From Candidatus Zipacnadia bacterium (lineage in GTDB: Bacteria > Armatimonadota > Zipacnadia > Zipacnadales > Zipacnadaceae), in assembly GCA_029820565.1 (NCBI GenBank), contig JALGUR010000014.1:7036-71035 (forward strand): a stretch of 64,000 bases of DNA, read 5' to 3'. How positions within the stretch are numbered: position 1 is the first letter of the stretch; each line of letters opens with the position of its first letter. The translations under genes were made by a program, and so were the position numbers. This document shows, one piece after another, positions 18,996 through 28,801 of the stretch. The notes under the pieces were generated by a model. That model had not been told where the DNA came from and did not search any database. It worked only from the letters and a program-made list of their open reading frames with translations.

Positions 18996-20780
18996 ATGAC
19001 TGTTTCGGATGACCAGATTTTGGCCGACGCGCTGGTCCAGCAGGGCGCGGTCAGTGAGGCGCAAGTCCAGCAGGCCCGCCAGCAGGCTCAGGATCAGGGC
19101 ACCAGCCTGGCCCAGGCACTGATAGCGTCGGGTTACGTCTCGGCCAACCAGATAGCCCAGGCTATGCAGGCCGGTAGCCAGCAGCGATCCGAAGCCGAAC
19201 CGGAGGCAGCAAGCCAGAAGAGTGCTCAGACAGCCGGAAGTCACCAGTCTACTAAAGCATCGCTGGACGCTTATGAGATTGAGCCGGAGGCGCTGCGCAG
19301 CGTTCCCCGCTCCGTGGCCGAAGAATACTGCCTTCTGCCGCTGCAAATAAGCCAGGAGCGTATCTTGGTGGCTATGGCTGACGAGACTAATGTGCTGGCC
19401 ATCGACGCGGTGCGAGCGCGCAGTGGCCGCCGCGTCGAGCCCATTGAAGTAGAAGAAGCCGAACTCACCGAAGCCATTGAGCACTACTATTCGGCCCAGG
19501 CCCGGGCCCGAGCTGCAGTGACCGAGAAGGCTAAAGATATGTCCGCCACCGTCACCGAGATGGAGGGGGTGGCCGGAGTGGACAGCGAACTGGCCACTAT
19601 GCTGGACGACGCGCCAGTAGTGCGGGTGGTGGAGACTATTGTGCGCGACGCGGTACGGATGAGGGCATCAGATATACATATAGAGCCCCGTGCTGACCGC
19701 GTACAAGTGCGTTACCGCGTGGACGGCCAACTTATGACCGCCACCAATCTGCCCAAGGATATGCACCGCTATGTGCTCTCGCGCATCAAAGTCCTGGCGG
19801 GTGAGGACATTGCCGAAACCCGCTTCCCCCAAGGTGGCCGGTTTGACACCATCATTGATGACCGACCCATTGACCTGCGCGTCTCCACCCTGCCCACCTA
19901 CTGGGGCGAAAAGGCAGTAATGCGTATCCTGGACAAGAGTCGGGTGTTCGTCTCGCTCAGCCAATTGGGCTTCTTGCCCCAGATGCAGCAGGAATTTGAA
20001 CATCTCGTTACCCGCCCTCAGGGGATGATACTGGTCACCGGGCCCACCGGCAGTGGCAAGAGCACCACCCTGTATGCCGCCCTGCATACTATTAACGATG
20101 ATACCAAGAATATTACTACGGTCGAAGACCCTATTGAATACGAAGTAGAGGGACTTAATCAGACCCAGATCCATCCTGACATCGGTCTGGATTTCGCTGA
20201 GTTTTTGCGCAACACTCTTCGTCAAGACCCAGATGTTATGCTCATCGGCGAAATCCGCGACCTGGAGACCGCCCAGATGGCCTTCCGGGCCTCACTGACC
20301 GGCCACCTGGTCCTCAGTACACTGCATACCAACGACGCTCCCAGCGCTGCCACCCGACTGGTAGACCTTGGGATTCCTCCCTATATCATCGCCTCTTCAA
20401 TAATAGGAGTGCTGGCCCAGCGGCTGGTGCGACGCATCTGCTCCCACTGCCGTGAAGTCTATGAGCCCACTGAGCAGGAACTGGAGGCCCTAAGCCTATC
20501 CGCCGAGCAGGCGGAGAAGATAAGATTCCACCGGGGCACGGGCTGCTCCCGCTGCCGCAACACCGGCTATGCCGGGCGGGTGGCGGCCTATGAGTTGATG
20601 AAGATGAATGATGAACTGCGCACCGCTTTGACCGAAGGAGCCAATTCCAACCAACTCCGCAAGATCGCCCTACAAAGCGGAATGAAGAGCATGCGCTACG
20701 ACGCTTTGACGAAGGTTCACCAGGGCCTGACGTCAGCCCAAGAGGTGCTCACCGTTATGTTCACCCCCGAGATGCTGTGA
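18996..20780 (+). CDS. pilB: Type II secretion / type IV pilus assembly ATPase (GspE/PilB family)
   Basis: N-terminal T2SSE_N-like domain, Walker A GPTGSGKST, Asp/His boxes, and a C-terminal tetracysteine motif (CSHC...CSRC). Confidence 0.9.
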   Translation: MTVSDDQILADALVQQGAVSEAQVQQARQQAQDQGTSLAQALIASGYVSANQIAQAMQAGSQQRSEAEPEAASQKSAQTAGSHQSTKASLDAYEIEPEALRSVPRSVAEEYCLLPLQISQERILVAMADETNVLAIDAVRARSGRRVEPIEVEEAELTEAIEHYYSAQARARAAVTEKAKDMSATVTEMEGVAGVDSELATMLDDAPVVRVVETIVRDAVRMRASDIHIEPRADRVQVRYRVDGQLMTATNLPKDMHRYVLSRIKVLAGEDIAETRFPQGGRFDTIIDDRPIDLRVSTLPTYWGEKAVMRILDKSRVFVSLSQLGFLPQMQQEFEHLVTRPQGMILVTGPTGSGKSTTLYAALHTINDDTKNITTVEDPIEYEVEGLNQTQIHPDIGLDFAEFLRNTLRQDPDVMLIGEIRDLETAQMAFRASLTGHLVLSTLHTNDAPSAATRLVDLGIPPYIIASSIIGVLAQRLVRRICSHCREVYEPTEQELEALSLSAEQAEKIRFHRGTGCSRCRNTGYAGRVAAYELMKMNDELRTALTEGANSNQLRKIALQSGMKSMRYDALTKVHQGLTSAQEVLTVMFTPEML

Positions 20781-21134
20781 AGGACTTAACGTAATAGTGG
20801 CACGGCCTTCCCGCCTGTGAAAACCGATACGACGGGCGTCTCGCCCGTCGAGTCCAGGACAGGCAGGATGCCTGGGCCACCGTTTGGGAACAGTCCTTGC
20901 ATAGGAAGAATGTGCGAAATCACTTAGATGCCGTAAGAAGGTAGGTGAAGGCCCGTCGTGATATGGGTCGCATTAGGGGCAGTCGGTCTGGGTGTCGCGG
21001 CCGGAATGGTGGCTATCCTGCTACGCAGCCCACGGTCGCGGGCCGGCACGGTAACCCATGCGAAGCGGTCGGTGCGGTGGCGACTGCAGAAGCTTTTGAG
21101 CAATAAACACCGGGAGAGAAGATAGGAGGCAAAT

Positions 21135-21740
21135 ATGTATCGCTGCAATTTGGCAGCAGCAGTGATAGTAGTGGTAATATTGCGTTGCCCAGTGGCACTG
21201 GCGGCGCCGCAGCCAGACCTAAGCAGCAACTTGGCTAACACACTTACTCACGTCGGCATATCCGTGCCGGTGCTTACTGCCGCCAGCCTGGTAGTGGTTG
21301 GTGATGAGAAACAGAGACAGGTAGGCCGACAATCAGCCGACGCCTTAGTAGTTACCGCAGCCGCGACCAGATTGCTCAAGGAGATTACCGACCAGTCCCG
21401 CCCCTACGACCCGCAGGCCACCGATGGCTTCCCCAGCGGCCACGCCAGTATTACCTTCACCTTCGCCCGCTGCATAGCCGACGAGTATGAAGACTGGGGC
21501 AAACTGGCTTACTTATGGGCGGCAGGGGTGAGTTGGTCGCGGGTGCGACGCGAGGAGCACAGCATCCCCCAGGTCCTGGCCGGAGCGGCATTGGGGACCT
21601 ATATCGCCGACCGTTCTATTCATTCTGATGGTGGTTTGCTCAAGGGACTAATCGTCAAAGAGACGCCACTGGCCTTTACTATTCAGCCCACTGAAGGATT
21701 GATCACGCCACGCCTGAGCCTGTGGCACACCTCGTGGTGA
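21135..21740 (+). CDS. PAP2-family phosphatase (phosphatidic acid phosphatase type 2 / haloperoxidase superfamily)
   Basis: Motifs K(x6)RP-like SRPYD, PSGHAS and SRVRREEHSIPQV (SRx5Hx3D). Signal/TM N-terminus. Confidence 0.75.
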   Translation: MYRCNLAAAVIVVVILRCPVALAAPQPDLSSNLANTLTHVGISVPVLTAASLVVVGDEKQRQVGRQSADALVVTAAATRLLKEITDQSRPYDPQATDGFPSGHASITFTFARCIADEYEDWGKLAYLWAAGVSWSRVRREEHSIPQVLAGAALGTYIADRSIHSDGGLLKGLIVKETPLAFTIQPTEGLITPRLSLWHTSW

Positions 21741-21753
21741 ATCCAACCGGTAT

Positions 21754-22869
21754 TTACTTAGTAGTCACTATCGCCAGCAGCCACTGTAGACATTGCAGCA
21801 GGCTGGGGATATGCAGATATTCCTCCAGAGTATGGGGCTGGCCGGCACCAGTGGCCAATACTGCGCTGGGGATACCGTGCTCGTTGAATATGTTAGCGTC
21901 GCTGCCGCCTTCACCTTTATGCAATACCGGCTCCAAGTCCACTTGCCGAGCCGCCGCCCCAGCGCGGGCGACCACCGGCTCCTCGGGGTCCAGGTGAAAG
22001 CCGTTGTAGGTCCGGGCCTGCCTCATCTGAGCCGTAGCCCCATACTCAACGGCCTCCCGCTGCAGAATATCAGTCATATGCGCAGTCTGCTCGCGCAGTT
22101 TCTCTTCATCATGACTGCGGGCTTCGGCTTCTATTTTTGCTGTCTCGGGAACAATGTTGCGGGCCTGGCCGCCATCAATTGTCCCCACATTGGCTGTCGT
22201 CTCGCCGTCTATGCGACCGAGCCGCATCTGGGAGATAGCCCGTGAGGCCGCCTGAATGGCACTTATGCCCTTCTCCGGCTCCACCCCGGCGTGAGCCGCC
22301 CGCCCTCGTATCGTACAATCTATTTCATCAGCGTAGGGGGCAGCCGTGGTAAGTTTGCCTGGCTGGTGGCCACCATCCAGCACATACCCCATCGCCGGCA
22401 GCGGCTCTAAGGCATCATAGTCCAAATGCCGAGCGCCGAGCAGCCCGACTTCTTCGGCAACCGTGAATACTAAGACCAACTCGCCGTGAGCCAGTCCGTG
22501 TTGCTGCAATCGGCGTAGAGCCTCCAGAATAATCACTATGCCTGCCTTGCAGTCGGCGCCCAGTACCGTCTCTCCCCGGCTACGCACAATATCCTCTTCA
22601 ACAACCGGTTCAATACCCGCCGAGGGCCCGACGGTGTCCAAGTGAGCGTTGAGCATCACCACGGGAAATCCTTCGGCATTGGCCGCCAACCGCGCGATTA
22701 GATTATCACAGTCACCTCCCAATCTGACTCCAGCCCCGTCATACTGCGCCTCAATGCCTAATTCAGCCAGTTTCTGGCGGATTATCTCGGCAAACGCGCC
22801 TTCGCGCCGCGGCGGACTGTCCAGGCGGACCATCTCGCAAAACTCTTGCACAATGGTATCCTGCGCCAT
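21754..22869 (-). CDS. M20-family metallopeptidase (peptidase T / tripeptidase-like)
   Basis: HLDTV...GADCKAG...EEVGLLGA...GHQPG... pattern of M20/M42 peptidases. 371 aa. Confidence 0.8.
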   Translation of the reverse strand: MAQDTIVQEFCEMVRLDSPPRREGAFAEIIRQKLAELGIEAQYDGAGVRLGGDCDNLIARLAANAEGFPVVMLNAHLDTVGPSAGIEPVVEEDIVRSRGETVLGADCKAGIVIILEALRRLQQHGLAHGELVLVFTVAEEVGLLGARHLDYDALEPLPAMGYVLDGGHQPGKLTTAAPYADEIDCTIRGRAAHAGVEPEKGISAIQAASRAISQMRLGRIDGETTANVGTIDGGQARNIVPETAKIEAEARSHDEEKLREQTAHMTDILQREAVEYGATAQMRQARTYNGFHLDPEEPVVARAGAAARQVDLEPVLHKGEGGSDANIFNEHGIPSAVLATGAGQPHTLEEYLHIPSLLQCLQWLLAIVTTK

Positions 22870-23026
22870 TATTGTTCTCTCCTTAATGTGTCACAACGGC
22901 ATTGCGGGCCGGGTTCACTGCGTTCAACCGGCCCCTCCAAACAGCGATCGGGGCAAGGATGCCCCTCCCATAACTCTAATGACACCGACTCCGCCAGGTC
23001 CCCGGCAGCGATAGACTTGCGGCCAA

Positions 23027-24046
23027 TCACTCCACCAGCCTGGCCTGCCTCAGGGCAGCCTGGAACGTCGCCAGGTCTACGTCCTTGCCCAAAAGATACG
23101 TGCCGTTGTGCGCGGGCTCGGTGTAATGTGAACAGACAGGAACACGCACGCCGGTGCCATCCGGGGTGGCGAGGTCAGTGGTTACTTTGGGGGTGGCCGA
23201 CCCTACATAGCGCCAAGTCTCAAATTTCGTCGGCTCCAGGGCAATGTCCACGAAGCGCGCCGGTTCGCCCTGTCTGCGGTACGGCTCAAAGAAAATGGCC
23301 ATAGGTCGACCATCTTCAGTTTCAAATACATAGAAGCGAATATTGGAAGGGAGAGTGACCTTTTCGATGAACTTGACCTTGAGTGCCCATGCCGCATCGG
23401 GCACGCACATAGAGAAATTCTGTTCCATTGGTTTGGCCAGGCCCAGGTCCGTCGTAAATATGCTGGAGTATTTGGCCACGCAGCCATCAAAGGATTCGCC
23501 CCAACTCTCAGTCACGACAGTCTCGAGGTCATAGACCAGGCCCTGCTCCTGGGCCAATTTGACGAACTCGGCGGTACCCGTCGGGTAGGTACACAGGACC
23601 AGCCGCCGCCCCAACTTGCGTCGAGCCATAACCTCAATATCCACCAACTCCTGAGGGTGAGGGTCGTCCTTGGTCGGGTACAGCGTGACATAAATGACCA
23701 GCGCCTCGTCATCCCCCATGTTGTCAATGGCCTCGTGATAGCGCCGCCGGACCGGGTTTTCGCACTCGCGGTACGCTTTGTAACGCTCCTTGTCACTGTA
23801 ACTGTGCTCACATTCGGGGACATAGGTCAGCGGGTGAATTAGGAAGTAAATCTTGTTGAGTTTAATAGGCTCTGGGGGCACGGTAACTCCTCCTTGCTGT
23901 TCTTGGGCAGACAGGTTAAGTGTGGCCGCAATCAATAGGCACATCGCTACGGCGGCCAGAACTCCTACATATATTCGGCGCATTGTTACATCCTTTTGCT
24001 TGTCAATCATTGTCTTCACTCTCCTTGCCAAAAGTTTTTGTGACAC
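23027..24046 (-). CDS. Hypothetical secreted protein
   Basis: An internal Met (MRRIYVGVLAAVAMCLLIAATLNLSAQ) gives a signal peptide, so the likely start is near 23983. No recognisable domain. Confidence 0.4.
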   Translation of the reverse strand: MSQKLLARRVKTMIDKQKDVTMRRIYVGVLAAVAMCLLIAATLNLSAQEQQGGVTVPPEPIKLNKIYFLIHPLTYVPECEHSYSDKERYKAYRECENPVRRRYHEAIDNMGDDEALVIYVTLYPTKDDPHPQELVDIEVMARRKLGRRLVLCTYPTGTAEFVKLAQEQGLVYDLETVVTESWGESFDGCVAKYSSIFTTDLGLAKPMEQNFSMCVPDAAWALKVKFIEKVTLPSNIRFYVFETEDGRPMAIFFEPYRRQGEPARFVDIALEPTKFETWRYVGSATPKVTTDLATPDGTGVRVPVCSHYTEPAHNGTYLLGKDVDLATFQAALRQARLVE

Positions 24047-24090
24047 GACAGGCTAACTTAGACTTACGTGATACATCCATCTCGTTGTCG

Positions 24091-25821
24091 CTATGGATTC
24101 TCATAGAACCACTGAATAGGTAGCGAGCGCACCTTGATATAATGTGTCGGCAGCAGCCCGGCTCCATAGTCGTACTCTACGACCGCTCGGTCGCCGACAA
24201 ACGTCACGCCGGGATACGCACAGCGCAGCACCCCTGGGGCGTGTGGATACTTGTCCAGGTCGGTGGGTTGATCGAAGGGCACGTAATGATCGTAACTGAG
24301 CACCTCATCTCCCCAAAGGATAGGGCGGTCGGGGATGTGCACCACGTCGTCCAGACTCTCCAAATTGCGGAAATGCTTCCAGGTATTGCCCTCATCACTG
24401 GAGACCGCACACGTGAGGCGGGCGCGGCGCAGTACCACCTTGTCCTCCTCCAGAGTGTTCTGATTCCAGATGCATAACAGGTCACCGGTGGGCATCCTGC
24501 TGAGGGCGCAAGGAGCGTAGGAGGCGGCCAGGGGTGTGGGCTCCGGACTGGACCACGTCTCCCCGCCGTCACTCGAGTAGCTCTTGAACAGCCTGCCCAT
24601 GGGCGTGCGCGCGAACATAAGCACGCGGCCGTCGCTCAGTTCGACCAGGTTGCCTTCCTCGAACCAGTAGCGCTTGCCCTCGTGGTAGACGACGATTTCC
24701 TCGGAGGTCTTCCAGGTCTCCCCCTCGTCATCGGACAGCCAACAATACATTCCTGTGTGCGGTCCAAACGCGTTGGGATGTCCCTGGCTCCAGCCATAGT
24801 CCGTGGGATAGGTGTAGGTCGGCCCGACGATACGGCCGGTGGACGTAACGATGGCCGAGCCATTGTACATGCGGGCGATCTGCCCCTCCTCGTTGATCTG
24901 CCTTTTCACGCTCCAGGTCCGGCCCTCATCCTCAGAGCGACAGAAAAACAACTTCCGTTCGCCCTCGTTGAGGAACATGCCAATTGCTCCTGAGGACAGC
25001 CGCACTACTACCGGCGTTATGCCTCCGAAGGTATCGCCGTTGGTGTCCCTCAAGGCCTCCGGCGGCCCCCAACTCTGACCGGCGTCGTAGGACTTTCTAA
25101 GCATAATGCGACCGCCCATTTGCAGGAAGATTCCCACACTGCCATCCTTCAGCGGCAGCAGGCCCGCTTCGTTGCTTTGCGCCACGCACCCCCGCAGCAA
25201 TTCCCCAATCCTCTCGTCAGCGGCCTCTACGGTTAGAGAGGCATCGTCCACATACAACTTGTCCGCCGGCCTGTAGAGTTGGATGATGGCCCGAATGTGG
25301 GCGTCGTCCAACGACAGTCCCATTACGGCCGGACCGACGAGATTAAGCGAGGTGTGATACTGTTTCCATTCGCTTCCCACCGCAAACCGCGTGCGCACCT
25401 GGGCCGCATCGTACAGCTTCTGCTCCGGCAGGTGCAGGAACAGAACCAACTCTGCCCGTTCTACCGGCGGTTCAGCGCGCATCCAGACCGAAAAGTGCAC
25501 TGACTTGGTCTCGTCGGCTTCAATAGAGAGGTGTTGATCAACGAGGGCCCAGACCTGATTAGGCCCCAGGTCGAGAACCCCTCCCCATGACCCATCTCGC
25601 CCTTCATCGGTGATCACAAAGTCGGCGTCCACGTGTTGGCTACCGTCGTAGCCGCTGGCTCGCCAACCCGGGACATTCTCGCCGGTCTCTTCGCCTTGCT
25701 CAAAGGCAGGATTGACCAGCAGATTCGCGGCGGCCAGGGCCGGTGGCCCCGCGGCGAGCACAATCATCACCACCACCAATACGCGCTGTAACAACAATAA
25801 TCGTAGGCACATATTCCTCAA
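24091..25821 (-). CDS. Secreted BNR/Asp-box repeat protein (sialidase-like, GH33-like) with an N-terminal CBM4/9-like module
   Basis: Signal peptide. NLLVNPAFEQGE... carbohydrate-binding-module signature. Five S-x-D-x-G-x-T-W Asp-boxes: SYDAGQSWG, SEDEGRTWS, SDDEGETWK, SSDGGETWS, SSDEGNTWK. Confidence 0.7.
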   Translation of the reverse strand: MRNMCLRLLLLQRVLVVVMIVLAAGPPALAAANLLVNPAFEQGEETGENVPGWRASGYDGSQHVDADFVITDEGRDGSWGGVLDLGPNQVWALVDQHLSIEADETKSVHFSVWMRAEPPVERAELVLFLHLPEQKLYDAAQVRTRFAVGSEWKQYHTSLNLVGPAVMGLSLDDAHIRAIIQLYRPADKLYVDDASLTVEAADERIGELLRGCVAQSNEAGLLPLKDGSVGIFLQMGGRIMLRKSYDAGQSWGPPEALRDTNGDTFGGITPVVVRLSSGAIGMFLNEGERKLFFCRSEDEGRTWSVKRQINEEGQIARMYNGSAIVTSTGRIVGPTYTYPTDYGWSQGHPNAFGPHTGMYCWLSDDEGETWKTSEEIVVYHEGKRYWFEEGNLVELSDGRVLMFARTPMGRLFKSYSSDGGETWSSPEPTPLAASYAPCALSRMPTGDLLCIWNQNTLEEDKVVLRRARLTCAVSSDEGNTWKHFRNLESLDDVVHIPDRPILWGDEVLSYDHYVPFDQPTDLDKYPHAPGVLRCAYPGVTFVGDRAVVEYDYGAGLLPTHYIKVRSLPIQWFYENP

Positions 25822-26138
25822 CTCTCTTTTCAGATAGCGTAGTGGTCAAGCCGCAACTGACAATATTATTTCGCCGCGAGCAGCGCCATTCCTCCTGTAC
25901 CATAACGTGGAAACCGGTACGACGGGCGTCTCGCCCGTCCCTCGGCTCCGCTCGGGATGGTGAGCTTGTCGAACCGTCGGCTTCGGGGACAGGCGGGACG
26001 CCTGTCCTACCGACCGCAACCAGGAAGTAGTTGGGAATGAAAGCCGGGCCACTTGACAGGATTAAACTGTACCGATACACTAATGATTACTTAATGATAG
26101 TTCTAATGCGACAACCCCAATAATGGCACTGTGGGTTA

Positions 26139-27227
26139 ATGATGGCTGAACGAGTTATAGTCTCCGCACCAGGCCGAATTTGTCTATTTGGTGAACACCA
26201 GGATTTTCTGGGGCTGCCGGTAATCGCTTGTCCGATTGATTTGGACATCAGGATTACCGCTACCCCTCGCGCGGACAGTTCGTTTCATATTGAGATGGCC
26301 GACATCGGCGAGACCGACGAGTTTGACGCAACTGCCCCGCTTGCTTATCGCCACGAGCGTGACTATGTGCGGTCGGCCACCAACATACTACGCCGCCAGG
26401 GCTTACAGATTACCCGATGCTACGACTGTACTATCAATGGCACCATCCCGATCAATGCCGGCGCCGCCAGTTCCTCAGCCCTGACAGTTGCTTGGATAAC
26501 GCTGTTGCTGAACACCCAGGATCATGGCCTGCCGATGAGACCGGTTGACATTGCCTCTTGGGCTTATGAGGCGGAGGTAGTGGAATTTGACGAACCGGGT
26601 GGGATGATGGACCACTATACTTCAGCCCTGGGAGGATTGCTGTACATTGAGACCAATCCGCCCATCTCGGTACAGCAGTTGCCCGCAGAGTTAGACAGTT
26701 TTGTAGTAGGCGAGTCTTTGGTGCCGAAGGAAACCACCGCTGTCCTGCGCGAATCGCGCCAGGCGGTGGCCGAGGGCTTAGACATTCTGCGGCGGAGACT
26801 GAGTGACTTTGATTTCCGAACTACGCCGCGGGAGCAGGCTCAGCCGCTGTTTTCTGAGATGCGGGCTGAGGTTAGGCGGCGGATCAAAGCGCAATTCATC
26901 AATCGTGACCTCTGCCAGCAGGCCCGGCAACTGTTGTCTCAGCCTACTTTTGACCAGGAGCAGTTGGGAGAATTGCTGCTGGAGCACCAACGGCAATTGC
27001 GGGATGGGATCGGAGTCTCTCACCCCAAATTGGACACACTGATTGAGGCCAGCAGGCAAGCCGGTGCCTTGGGCGGGAAACTCAATGGCTCGGGCGGTGG
27101 AGGAACGATGTTTGCTTATGCCCCGGACCGCCAGCAGGAGGTCAAAGAGGCCATTGACGCCGCTGGGGGCCGCGGGCAGATCGTCTCGGTCCGTGGGGGG
27201 GTTAGCGTAACAGTTGATGGGGCATAA
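26139..27227 (+). CDS. GHMP-family sugar kinase (galactokinase-like)
   Basis: Galactokinase N-terminal signature GRICLFGEHQDFLG. GHMP motif PINAGAASSSALTVA. C-terminal GGKLNGSGGGGTMFAYAP. Confidence 0.75.
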   Translation: MMAERVIVSAPGRICLFGEHQDFLGLPVIACPIDLDIRITATPRADSSFHIEMADIGETDEFDATAPLAYRHERDYVRSATNILRRQGLQITRCYDCTINGTIPINAGAASSSALTVAWITLLLNTQDHGLPMRPVDIASWAYEAEVVEFDEPGGMMDHYTSALGGLLYIETNPPISVQQLPAELDSFVVGESLVPKETTAVLRESRQAVAEGLDILRRRLSDFDFRTTPREQAQPLFSEMRAEVRRRIKAQFINRDLCQQARQLLSQPTFDQEQLGELLLEHQRQLRDGIGVSHPKLDTLIEASRQAGALGGKLNGSGGGGTMFAYAPDRQQEVKEAIDAAGGRGQIVSVRGGVSVTVDGA

Positions 27228-27254
27228 TTGTAAGTTGGCACGAGGGGTCTGTTT

Positions 27255-28616
27255 ATGCGAGCGCTAAAGTTGTCAACGGCCGGCGTCCGGGGCGTCGTCG
27301 GCGAGACGCTCACCCCGCAACTGTTGGTCAACTTTGCCCAGGCTTTTGGAACCTATGTAGAAAGCGGACCGGTCCTAATCAGCCGCGATACCCGCAACTC
27401 GGGCAATATGGTGACACCTACCGTTATTGCCGGGCTGATGGGATGCGGCTGCGAGGTTACTGACCTGGGCATCTGCCCAACGGCGGCTTTGCAGCTGGCC
27501 GTCAAGACCAGCGACGCCGCCGGCGGCATTGCTGTTACCGCCGGCCATAATGATGCCTCCTGGAATGCGCTGAAATTCATCCGGGCGGACGGTATCTTCC
27601 TCAATCCCCGCCAAAGCGAAGAACTGTTGGACATCTACCACCAAGGCGAATATACGAAGGCTGAGTGGGACGAATTGAAGCCACTTAAATCTGATCCGCA
27701 GGTCGCGGCGCGCCATTGGGAAGCAGTACTGGCGCAGGTGGATCAGGAAAAAATCGCAGCGGCCTGCTTGAAGGTAGCGGTGGACTGCGCTAATGGGGCC
27801 TGCTCGCAATATTCCCCGCGACTGTTAGAGAGTCTGGGCTGCCAGGTGGTGGCGATAAATACCGAAACCGACCTGCCCTTCCCCCATCCGCCTGAGCCCA
27901 GCCACGTCAACCTAAGCCAACTGCGCGCTCTGGTGCAAGCGGCTGAGGCCGATGTCGGCTTTGCTCACGACGCCGACGGTGATCGGCTGGGGGTAGTTTG
28001 CGCTAATGGCGACGCCCCGGGCGAACAGATGACCATGTGCCTGTGCACTGAGATGATTCTGTGCCGTGGCGATCCGGGCCCGGTAGTCACCAATCTGTCT
28101 ACCACTATGGCGGTCAGGGATATTGCCCGCCGTCACGGTCGCCAGGTCCACTTCACCCCCATAGGCCAGGCTTATATCACCGAAAGCGCTCTGAACTATG
28201 ACGCAGCCATTGCTGGCGAGGGCAGTGGCGGTATCGTTTTCCCCCGACTGAACTATGCCCACGATAGTATGGCGGCCATGGCGCATATCCTGGACCTGCT
28301 GGCGGGCGCTGAGCAAACCCTGGAGCAGTTCATTGATGAGAATATGCCCAGGTATGTTATGCATAAAGAGCAAGTTCCATGCCCTACCGAGCAGGCTTAC
28401 AGTGTCCTGGAGGGTATCCGGGCTCAAGACCTGCCCGATTGGGCCGAAAGCGAGGACTTGCGCGATGGGGTGAAGATAATGGCTCCGGACCGCTGGGTAC
28501 ACATCCGCGTCTCGCAGACCGAGCCGCTGATTCGGGTAATTGCCGAGGCCGCTGACGAACAGACTGCCGCCGCTTTGACCCGCGAGTACGTCAGCCGCGT
28601 GCGGCGACTGCTGTGA
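27255..28616 (+). CDS. Phosphoglucomutase/phosphomannomutase-family protein with a non-canonical active-site loop (TAGHND)
   Basis: alpha-D-phosphohexomutase architecture. Metal loop FAHDADGDRL, sugar loop GEGSGG. The catalytic loop reads GIAVTAGHNDASWNALKF (Gly97 where the phosphoserine is expected). It is a paralogue of the next gene. Confidence 0.8.
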   Translation: MRALKLSTAGVRGVVGETLTPQLLVNFAQAFGTYVESGPVLISRDTRNSGNMVTPTVIAGLMGCGCEVTDLGICPTAALQLAVKTSDAAGGIAVTAGHNDASWNALKFIRADGIFLNPRQSEELLDIYHQGEYTKAEWDELKPLKSDPQVAARHWEAVLAQVDQEKIAAACLKVAVDCANGACSQYSPRLLESLGCQVVAINTETDLPFPHPPEPSHVNLSQLRALVQAAEADVGFAHDADGDRLGVVCANGDAPGEQMTMCLCTEMILCRGDPGPVVTNLSTTMAVRDIARRHGRQVHFTPIGQAYITESALNYDAAIAGEGSGGIVFPRLNYAHDSMAAMAHILDLLAGAEQTLEQFIDENMPRYVMHKEQVPCPTEQAYSVLEGIRAQDLPDWAESEDLRDGVKIMAPDRWVHIRVSQTEPLIRVIAEAADEQTAAALTREYVSRVRRLL

Positions 28617-28795
28617 GGCCACCGTGCAATCCTGTAGGAGCGGCGTCCTCGCCGCGATTGCCGTTTGGAGGAGCCGTGTCCAGCCGCCGTAGCCATAGGC
28701 TACTATCGCGGAGGAGACCCGAGCGCAGCGAGGCCGGCCTGCCTCCTGTTCAAACAACGGGCGGAAGTTGCAAGCAACTTTCACCCCTACAGACG
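28617..28795. repeat. Composite MITE-like repeat between the PGM/PMM paralogues (modules CCTGTAGGAGCGGCGTCCTCGCCGCG and GCCGTAGCCATAGGCTACTATCGCGGAGGAG)
   Basis: Modules are shared with 10199-10232, 45849-45880 and 55919-55990. The element accounts for the spurious N-terminal extension of ORF 28613. Confidence 0.65.
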
Positions 28796-28801
28796 ACGAC
28801 A

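Noticed and set aside
28613-28801. N-terminal extensions in the ORF track (28613 for PMM, 12085 for cimA, 49305 for valS, 38147 for mtaB, 35557 overlapping tRNA-Ser, 203 for mreC, 1002 for mreD)
   Set aside because: Each extension runs through a repeat element, a tRNA or the upstream gene. An internal Met with a ribosome-binding site, and homology-consistent N-termini, give the shorter starts used above.
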